64,000 nucleotides of DNA from an uncultured virus (IMG/VR IMGVR_UViG_3300009154_000049). Its lineage: Duplodnaviria; Heunggongvirae; Uroviricota; Caudoviricetes. A model generated the notes under the pieces. The model saw only the letters and a program-made list of their open reading frames with translations, searched no databases and was not told the origin of the DNA. The number at the start of each line of letters is the position of its first letter. Position 1 is the stretch's first letter. The stretch is from the IMG/VR virus record IMGVR_UViG_3300009154_000049; one strand, given 5' to 3'. Positions 28,313 to 36,400 of this stretch are shown one piece after another. The translations under genes and the position numbers were made by a program.

Positions 28313-28958
28313 GGGCATGGTCGGTACCACGCTTAGCAGCAGCCATAGGTTCATGCGCGTCATGGACAGCAGCCTGCAGATCATAGAATGCCACTTTGAC
28401 TTCAACCTGGACGTGGTCAGCGGTTGCCCCAAGGACAAGCAGGCAGAGCTGATCACTCGCCAGAAGTTTTGGTTGGACAACTGCCTCGAAGGCTGCATAG
28501 CTGTGCCCTGTGACAGAGATGCCGGATCAGAATGGTTGGACAAGCTCAACAATCTGCTTATGTTCTCGCCAGCAGATCCCAATGATTTCCTGCTGCACAT
28601 GCTGGTGCATGCCAAGCTGCAGGCCATAGGTTCTGGCATGGTCAACATCAGCGGCAGCCACATGACCACTGATCACAGCAACGGATTTGGCATGTGGTTT
28701 GACGGCGATCCCAACGAGATACTGCCCAGCCAAAAGGATTGGATGGGCGAGCGCTGTTACTTCCCATTACCATGGTGGCATCGGGCAGATGCAGGCATGA
28801 TAGACGTGATCTGTGGTCCAGAAGATGACATCACAGCAAAACCAGGCATAATAATGGATTGGTACACTCTGATCAAGCCCATGGAAACCGTGGAGACAAA
28901 GTCAGCGGAGATCATACGCCCCAACTTCAAACTCAGGCTGGTTACCACGGATGATTGA
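28287..28958 (+). CDS. conserved hypothetical protein (start uncertain)
   Basis: Long ORF coupled to the DnaE fragment; PWW.R.D motif. Confidence 0.7.
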   Translation: MPQMPKRAEGMVGTTLSSSHRFMRVMDSSLQIIECHFDFNLDVVSGCPKDKQAELITRQKFWLDNCLEGCIAVPCDRDAGSEWLDKLNNLLMFSPADPNDFLLHMLVHAKLQAIGSGMVNISGSHMTTDHSNGFGMWFDGDPNEILPSQKDWMGERCYFPLPWWHRADAGMIDVICGPEDDITAKPGIIMDWYTLIKPMETVETKSAEIIRPNFKLRLVTTDD

Positions 28959-29469
28959 CCTAGGCAACAGATGGATCGCAGGCGATGGCACGGTGATACT
29001 CAGCACTGATGGTGCTGTGGAAGCTCTGTATGCTGGCAGCGATCTGGATGGCTGTGTGATAGAACCGCACGAAGATGCGGATCTCTATGAGCACAGCATC
29101 AAGCTGTTGGACATGGATCTACCAAAGCTGATCACTGATCCGCAGCAGCTAAGCCAGCAGGCATGGTATGATCGTTGGCAGACACCCTCACGCTACGCTG
29201 AGCTTGATGTGCTGAGCTATTGCTTGGACAGATGCCACGATGACGATCAGCGCGAGCGAGTCTGCGAAGAGATGCTGCTGTTTGAAGCACGCGACATGCT
29301 GCCAGTGCTGCGTCACTTGATCTACATTGTTGACCATCTGAGATCCAAGAATGTGGTCTGGGGCGTTGGACGAGGCAGCAGCGTGAGCAGCTACGTGCTG
29401 TTCCTCATAGGCATCAACAGGATAGATCCAATCAAATTCAATCTTGATGTCAGCGAATTCCTGAAGTAA
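28951..29469 (+). CDS. stand-alone DNA polymerase III alpha (DnaE)-like fragment, 172 aa
   Basis: R..EE..L......VD..R...V.WGVGRGSS.SSYVLFLIGI..IDP.KF.L matches the start of the DnaE palm; ORF ends before the catalytic PD.D. Confidence 0.85.
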   Translation: MIDLGNRWIAGDGTVILSTDGAVEALYAGSDLDGCVIEPHEDADLYEHSIKLLDMDLPKLITDPQQLSQQAWYDRWQTPSRYAELDVLSYCLDRCHDDDQRERVCEEMLLFEARDMLPVLRHLIYIVDHLRSKNVVWGVGRGSSVSSYVLFLIGINRIDPIKFNLDVSEFLK

Positions 29470-29495
29470 ATATGTGATGATATCAGGAGATACAC

Positions 29496-29855
29496 ATGGC
29501 TAGCAAGCACATGAGCATGAGGGGCGAGATAATCGACATGGAGCGTCTGCGCCAGGTACACGGTGATCAGCGCGCGGTTGGCAATGCCAGCCTCAACGCC
29601 CGTGGCGACAAGCTGGGACCAAACGGCGTGGTCCTCAAGACCCAGGAACAGATCGAAGCAGAATGGGCAGCAGCACGCGCCAAGAACGCGCCAAAGCCCG
29701 TGGACATCAAGGGTCCAGACAAGCTGGAGCAGGCCTTGGCCGCGCTGGCTCCCAAGCAGAAACCAGTGTTGATGAGCGACGATCAAGACTTTGATCCCAG
29801 TCCCAGCAAGCCCGCAGCAGCTGTGCCTCGCAGGCGCGTGGTAGACACTGACTGA
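29496..29855 (+). CDS. hypothetical protein (SMRG..IDM..L....AVGN...NARGD.LG family)
   Basis: AGGAG RBS, TAAATA box. Confidence 0.8.
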   Translation: MASKHMSMRGEIIDMERLRQVHGDQRAVGNASLNARGDKLGPNGVVLKTQEQIEAEWAAARAKNAPKPVDIKGPDKLEQALAALAPKQKPVLMSDDQDFDPSPSKPAAAVPRRRVVDTD

Positions 29856-30187
29856 TGGCTGCTGTGGAATTCAACACCCTTGAACCAGTGCGCGGCACCG
29901 TGCTGGTACACAACATCGAACAAGGTGAGCGCCGCACCAAGAACGGCATCATCGTGCTGGATGACAACGGCAAGGAACGCGGCATCAGAGAGCGCTGGGC
30001 TCAGGTGTGGATGAAGCATCCAGAGATTGACGAAGTGGAAGTGGGCGACTGGGTGCTGATCAAGCATGGTCGCTGGACACGCGGCATCGATGTGATAGGC
30101 CCAGATGGTGTCAAAGTCACCATACGCAAGGTAGACTGGCCGGGCGCGGTCATAGTGGGCTGCAGTGACTGTCCCATAGAGACTTGA
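29855..30187 (+). CDS. groES: GroES-like co-chaperonin
   Basis: LEPV...VLV....GE..T.NGII mobile loop, V.VGD.VL. Confidence 0.85.
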   Translation: MAAVEFNTLEPVRGTVLVHNIEQGERRTKNGIIVLDDNGKERGIRERWAQVWMKHPEIDEVEVGDWVLIKHGRWTRGIDVIGPDGVKVTIRKVDWPGAVIVGCSDCPIET

Positions 30188-30246
30188 TGCCTTGACTGTG
30201 ACCTGCTGTCGTGTTACACTAACTGGTAGCATGGAGAACAGCGAAC

Positions 30247-31182
30247 ATGGCAAGAGATACTAAGCTCTGGGTAGAAAAATATCGTCCATCCAGCATCAAG
30301 GACTATGTGTGGGTCAACGATGCCCAGCGGTCACAGGTTGAAGGCTGGATAGCTGACAAGAACATACCCAATCTCTTGCTGAGCGGTGGTCCTGGCATCG
30401 GCAAGACCACGCTGGCCAAGTGCCTGTTCCACGAGCTTGGCGTGGATGACATGGACATCAAGTACATCAACGCCAGCCAGAACACTGGCATCGACTATCT
30501 GCGCAGCTTGACTGGATTCGTGGAAACCATGCCCATGGGCGAGTTCAGATATGTGCTGCTGGATGAGGCAGACTATCTCAGTCCAAACGCACAGGCCATG
30601 CTGCGCAACATGATGGAAGAATACAGCAACATCTGCCGTTGGATACTGACCTGTAACTATCCCAACAAGGTGATACCAGCGCTGCATTCAAGGACGCAGG
30701 GCTTCCATATCGAGCATCTAGACCGTGAGCTGTTCGTAGAGCGCATCGCTACGATCTTGATCGCAGAGGGCGTTGATCTCACTGCGGAAAATCTGGAGAT
30801 CCTGGATGAATACAGCACTGCTACCTATCCAGATCTGCGCAAGTGCATCAACCTGCTACAGCAGAACTGTGCTGATGGTCAGCTCAAGCGTCCTGCCAAG
30901 GGCGGTGGCCAGGGCACCATGGATTACATGATTGCTGCCATCAACCTTTTCAAGCAGGGCAAGATACATGAAGCTCGCAAGATCGTGTGTGCCAACGCCC
31001 GCACAGAGGACTATGAAGAGATCTACAAGCTGTTGTATCGCAACTTGGATTGGTGGGGCAAGACTGAGGACAAGCAGAACGCCGCCGTCGTGATCATTGC
31101 CAACAGGCTCAAAGACCACGCATTGGTCAGTGATGCTGAAATCAACATTGCAGCTTGCTTGATTGAACTGGCCAGCCTATGA
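30247..31182 (+). CDS. clamp loader AAA+ subunit (T4 gp44 / RFC-small-like)
   Basis: WVEKYRP, GGPGIGKT Walker A, LLDEAD Walker B, ALHSR, DLRK.IN.LQ. Confidence 0.95.
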   Translation: MARDTKLWVEKYRPSSIKDYVWVNDAQRSQVEGWIADKNIPNLLLSGGPGIGKTTLAKCLFHELGVDDMDIKYINASQNTGIDYLRSLTGFVETMPMGEFRYVLLDEADYLSPNAQAMLRNMMEEYSNICRWILTCNYPNKVIPALHSRTQGFHIEHLDRELFVERIATILIAEGVDLTAENLEILDEYSTATYPDLRKCINLLQQNCADGQLKRPAKGGGQGTMDYMIAAINLFKQGKIHEARKIVCANARTEDYEEIYKLLYRNLDWWGKTEDKQNAAVVIIANRLKDHALVSDAEINIAACLIELASL

Positions 31183-31617
31183 TTGCGGCCAGTTCAGCGT
31201 GGTAACCACGCTGATCAGATCTTCCACCACTGCGACGTTGTTGATGCTGTCCTTGGCTTGGCTGGCATAGGCTCTGACATTGCTGCGCATTGCTGAGACT
31301 GAGTCTGGCACTGCTACGTTGGCTTCCATCTTGCGCACCACGTACCAATCAGTGGGCTGTAGCATGCTGTAAGCCGTCTGATCAATCTGTTGCGTCCATT
31401 GTGTCTTCAGCTGATCCACGTCTTTGGCCGTGCCATTGTTGTCAGCATCTACCCAGTAGAATCTATCGTCAGGTCTGATCTTCTCTGCTATCTCGATGAT
31501 GCCAATGGCTTCTTTCTCTTCTGGGCTGCTGGTGCGCAACCAAGTTGCTGGATACTGCAGTTCTCCGTGCGTGAATGGTAGGTCTATCTGCAGCACTTTA
31601 CCGTCTAATATGAACAT
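31177..31617 (-). CDS. tail fibre assembly chaperone-like protein
   Basis: YP..WL, D.RFYW, L..TDWYV.RK.E, terminal WP. Confidence 0.75.
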   Translation of the reverse strand: MFILDGKVLQIDLPFTHGELQYPATWLRTSSPEEKEAIGIIEIAEKIRPDDRFYWVDADNNGTAKDVDQLKTQWTQQIDQTAYSMLQPTDWYVVRKMEANVAVPDSVSAMRSNVRAYASQAKDSINNVAVVEDLISVVTTLNWPQS

Positions 31618-31628
31618 CTTTGTTCTCC

Positions 31629-33353
31629 CTATCTTGCCAACGCATACTTGAACGGGTTCTCCGCGAAAGCTGTGTATATGTATGTTGCACTACTGGTGTT
31701 GTTACCTGACGATGACGTGCGCAATTTGAATCCATTGCTGAGTATGTCTATCAATGTGGTCGATCCTTCTGCGCTGTTCACGTTGGGATTGAGATAGGGT
31801 CCGTCAACATTGTAGGTTGACCTAGCAGTGTCAAATATGTTCCAGTATGAACTTTCTGTAGCCGATTTGTACATGATCCATCGCGGACGGAAGCCAGTGT
31901 ACACAAACGGCCCGTCAGTGCTGCCATTGCCAGTGTATGAACCAAAGGCACTGTAACCTGATACTGGGGTCCAACAGTATGCGATGTAGCTGTTGGCAGC
32001 AAGGTTTACCAATCCTCCTGGTCCTACCGTGAACACAGCGCTGCTTGGTGCTGTGTTGTTCCACACGTTCGCGTCTGCACTCTGTGAGTTTGTGAGATCA
32101 AGCAGCATCTTGTAATTCCACGGGCTGCTACCATTGTTAACACCCGCGTGACCAACAGGCCAATCCTGTAGTCCCGGTGACAGGCTCCTAATGATGATCA
32201 TGCTGGGTGCAACACCTAGCCCATGACCAATGGTAGCACCAGGTGAACCATTGCCAGTGTAGCTGACTATGCTGAATCCAGCTGTGGGGTTGGCGCTAAC
32301 AGCCGACGTGATGCTTCCACTGCCATTGACTATCGTGTTGCCTTGACCGGCACTCCATCCCCATAACACGTATGTGTTGCCTGCCACGTTGGTGTTAGCA
32401 TCATTGGCCAGCACTAGGCCATACTTGCTCCAGTTGTAGGCGCCGCCAGAACCGTACTGCGGATTGCTAGTGTCGCTGCTGTTGTAAAGGCCAGGTCCGC
32501 GCACAGTGTCCATGAGCATGTTGTTGGTGGCATTGCTCCTGCTCTTGATCCAAGTAAGGTCAGGATAGGTATTGCCATTGCCCCACCAATTGCCATAGCT
32601 TGTTGCGGTGAAAGTGTTGAGCGCACCAAAACCAGTTGGCGGCGTGTAGGCCCAAGACAGCTGGCCAAAGTTCACGTTCATGGTGTTGTTGAATAGATCC
32701 AAATATGGATAGAGCGTGAGGCTGCTGGCCACGGTCATGGTTGGGTTAGCACCGGTGCTGGGATTGCCAGTGGTGCCACCAGCAGAATCATACCAGCTGT
32801 TGTTGACGCCTAACCACAGATTGCCAGTGGCCGTGTCATAGGCTACTTGCAGCACGGCACCGGCAGCAAACGCGCCAATGCTTGCTATCTGCGACCCGTT
32901 GAAATAGAGGAATCCGACGCTGGAAGCATATATGGCATAGGCCCCGGCGACGGCGCCTGGATATTGCGTCAAGCTGGCAGCTATGGTGGCTATGCCTATG
33001 GCAGCTGCTATGCCGCCAGCGGTTGCCGAGGTTATGGTGCCTTCAAAATAGAATTTGCCAGAAGTAGGAAATGTTTGAGTACCGCGCAATCCCTGGTGGG
33101 CGCTGTTGTTGTTAACAAAGGTCAGAGAACCATTTGTGATCGACCCGTAAACCACCGTAGCAGCCACACTGAGCACGCTCCAATTGGCAGCTGTGTTGCT
33201 GCTGTCAGCTGGCACGTCAGGCATGATGTCATAGGTCAGGGTTGAGCTGGTCATGCCCACGTTGTTCACGAACCAATTGTTGTTGTTACCGCTGTAGTCA
33301 ATGCTGACGTTGGCCTGGAACGGCGTAGCAGCTATGATGTTAGGAACAGCCAT
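31629..33353 (-). CDS. fibre/receptor-binding protein with SPRY/ConA-like and C-terminal beta domains
   Basis: SGKFYFE SPRY-like block; PDL.WIK.R; GFSIV.YTGNG...HGLG..P; GFRP.W; terminal AFAE.PFK. Confidence 0.8.
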   Translation of the reverse strand: MAVPNIIAATPFQANVSIDYSGNNNNWFVNNVGMTSSTLTYDIMPDVPADSSNTAANWSVLSVAATVVYGSITNGSLTFVNNNSAHQGLRGTQTFPTSGKFYFEGTITSATAGGIAAAIGIATIAASLTQYPGAVAGAYAIYASSVGFLYFNGSQIASIGAFAAGAVLQVAYDTATGNLWLGVNNSWYDSAGGTTGNPSTGANPTMTVASSLTLYPYLDLFNNTMNVNFGQLSWAYTPPTGFGALNTFTATSYGNWWGNGNTYPDLTWIKSRSNATNNMLMDTVRGPGLYNSSDTSNPQYGSGGAYNWSKYGLVLANDANTNVAGNTYVLWGWSAGQGNTIVNGSGSITSAVSANPTAGFSIVSYTGNGSPGATIGHGLGVAPSMIIIRSLSPGLQDWPVGHAGVNNGSSPWNYKMLLDLTNSQSADANVWNNTAPSSAVFTVGPGGLVNLAANSYIAYCWTPVSGYSAFGSYTGNGSTDGPFVYTGFRPRWIMYKSATESSYWNIFDTARSTYNVDGPYLNPNVNSAEGSTTLIDILSNGFKLRTSSSGNNTSSATYIYTAFAENPFKYALAR

Positions 33354-33402
33354 ATTGGATCTCCATCTGCGACTGGCTGCTGTTATTTACTGTCATGGCC
33401 GA

Positions 33403-36400
33403 TCACTGATCTGCTGTGTTGGTAGCAGGGAATGCACGACCGCCGCCCCAGATTATGCGCACAGCACCGGGACCGCCAGGACCGCCGCCAAAGCTGGTTC
33501 CAGATCCGCCGCCGCCGCCACCGTAGGTACCACCGTATATCAGGTTGCTCTGGCTGGTGCTGCTGTAGGGTTCTCCAGGAGAGCCGTTGCCGCCACCAGA
33601 ACCACCATTGCCGCCTGAATAACCATTGCCAGTGGCTGCGCCACTGGCACCTTGGCCAAAGATACCCACGCCGCCACCACCGGGTTGACCATACGTGCTG
33701 CTGTAGTATCCGCCAGCGCTGCCGCCTCCGCCCGCAGGTGCTGCTGTGCCGTTTGATTGCGAGTTAGCCGCGTCGCCGCCGTTGCCTGTGTAGCCGCCTG
33801 CGCCGCCGCCTGCATAGTTCCAAGCACCGTTGTATGCGCCATCACCGCCGCGGCCACCCCCGTCACCAACCCAGCCGCCTCCGTAGCCACCGCCAGCAGA
33901 AGTAGAATGCGATCCTCCCTGGCCGCCGCCATAGCCTGCCACGGTGGCCGTGCTGATGAAATAGCTGGTGCCCCCAGCAGCAGCAGCGCTGGTAGCATTG
34001 CCTTGCGCTATACCTCCAGCACCAACCACCACCGTGTAGCTCTGCCCTGGCACCACGGATATGCTGTTCCTCCATCCGAGGCCACCACCACCACCGCCGC
34101 CACCGCTCCATGTCAAGCTACCGCCACCGCCGCCGCCCACTGCCACCACGCTCACGCTGGTCACTCCGGCCGGAGGCACGAAGGTGAAGCTGTAGGAGTT
34201 GGTGCCGCTGTTATAAACACCGCCGGCAGTGTTAATAGTGTACAGCTGCTGCAGACCAAGTGCGTTCAAGGTCAGCGCATAGGTACCTGGGATAGAAGTC
34301 AGCGGGCTGGTCTGTGGTATAAAATTGCTAGTGTAAACGGCATAACCCAGCACGATGCGGAAGTTGCTGATTTGTCCAGTGAAATAAGCCGCAAATGTAC
34401 CAGTTATACCTCCCACAAAGTATTGCGTGGGGCTGTTGGGCCACCATGGGTAGACGGTGCTGGCTGATGCCACACCATCCACATACAGCGTGGTAACCTG
34501 TCCCTGCCGCACCAATGCTATGTGCTGCCACACGTTTAGCTTCATGGAACTATTCACGGTGGTTGTGTTGAATGCGAAAGGCGATCCACCAAACAGGTTC
34601 AGTGCAAAGTTAGTGCTGGCACTGGGTATCAATCCCCAGGTATTGCCGTTGCTAGTCGTGTTCATCAGCAGCACCGTGTTGGGCACGGCAGTGAGCGCAG
34701 CGTTGGTCTGTGGTGTGAAGTTGGATCCATACATGCTGATACCATTCACAAATCGCACGTTGGTTATGTACCCGTTGAAGAAAGGACTGGCGTTAGAGTC
34801 CCAGCGACGTCCAACGTACAAGGTATTTTGTATGGCTGCTGTGGTCCAAGCACCTGTGGCACTGCCTATCTGTGAGCCATTGAGGAACAACCTTGCGGTT
34901 GTCCCATCATAGCTCAGTGCCACGTGGCTCCAGGTCCTTAGCGTGAGGTTGGTAGTGGTCTGTATCACCGTCTGCCAGGCTGAACCATTGTACCATCCAG
35001 CACTGAGATTTGAACCACTGACTCCGGCAGCAAGGTTGTTAAGGAAAGCTATGGTAAATGGAATATTTCCAGATGAAGGCCAAGCCGCAGCTATCAGAGC
35101 ACTGCCACTGGGAGTAGATACAGGATATGCCCAGCATTCAATGGTAAATGGGGTGTTGGCAGTTGCTAATTGGAATGCTGACACCGTGGTCACGTTGAAG
35201 TTGGCTGAACTGCCGTCCAGATAGGCACTGCCGCCAAAGTTCACAGGGCTATAAGGGCTAGACGGATCGAATACCAAAGAACCATTTATGGTCAGGGACT
35301 GGGCATAGTTGCTGCTGTCTGCGATATAAGCGCCTGCACTACCAACGTTCATAAGCAGCACCGTTTGTGTGCTGTTTACAATCAGCAGTGCTGCAGTTGG
35401 CGGCACAAACCAAGGTGTAGTGTAGAGCGCAGTGCCGTTAACAATGCGCAGATTGGTCATATAACCGTTGAAATAGTAGCTGCTGGGCAGCTGCTGACCT
35501 ATGACAAACTGCGTGGTAGGCACGTTGTTTAGAGTTGAGGTGTATGCTGTGCTGCCCACGTTCACACCGTTCACAAACAGCGTGATGACATTGTTATAGC
35601 GAACCAAGGCCACATGTTGCCACTGCCTCAACGTGAGCACTGTTGATCCAGTCAAAGTAGTGTTAGCCGACCCATTGTTGAGAATAGCTTCGAGATTGCC
35701 GCTGGTGTTGATCCTTATCTGCCAGCAGCTCTGTGCGTTGTCACCAGGCCCGCCGATCACACCCCAGACGCTGGCTAGGTATTGATAGGCAGTGATGTTC
35801 AGAGGATAGATCCAAGCTTCCACAGTGAAGTTGCCATTGCCAAACAGGAAGTTACCCGTGCTGCTGTTGCTCTGTAAGCTGGTATTGGTACCATTGAAGT
35901 ATAAGCTGCCACCCTGGGTACTAGCACCATATGGTGAAAACTGGCTCCAAGCCGGAGTGCCAGACACTGTGACCGTGTTATTGGAGTTGCTGATATCAGC
36001 TCCCAGTGCCTGCCCTGGCTGGAAGACCATGTAGCGGGCATTGTTGCTGTTGACATTGGTGCTGTAATACCAACCTTCCACAGTGAAGTTGTTCTGAGAC
36101 AGGTTGAGATTGGGATCCGCAGAGTTATTGGTTATGTAGGTGGTGCTGCCATCAAAGCTGCCAGCATAACTAGATGTGACATTGCCTGTGAATGGCAGTC
36201 TATATCCATTGATCCCATAGGTTCCGATGTAGGGTATAGGCACCCATTGACCGTCTGTGTTGGTGGTACCGAACGCTGAAGGTAGCAGCTGCTGGCCATC
36301 CACGAAGTTGACCTCGCTGATGTAACCGTCATAGAACTGACCAGTGTAACCACCGATCTGATGTCCCACTGTGTTGTTGGCAAACAGAGATTGGTACTGT

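Noticed and set aside
30247..31182. Intein or intron in the clamp loader or RNA ligase
   Set aside because: Both have normal length and contiguous motifs.
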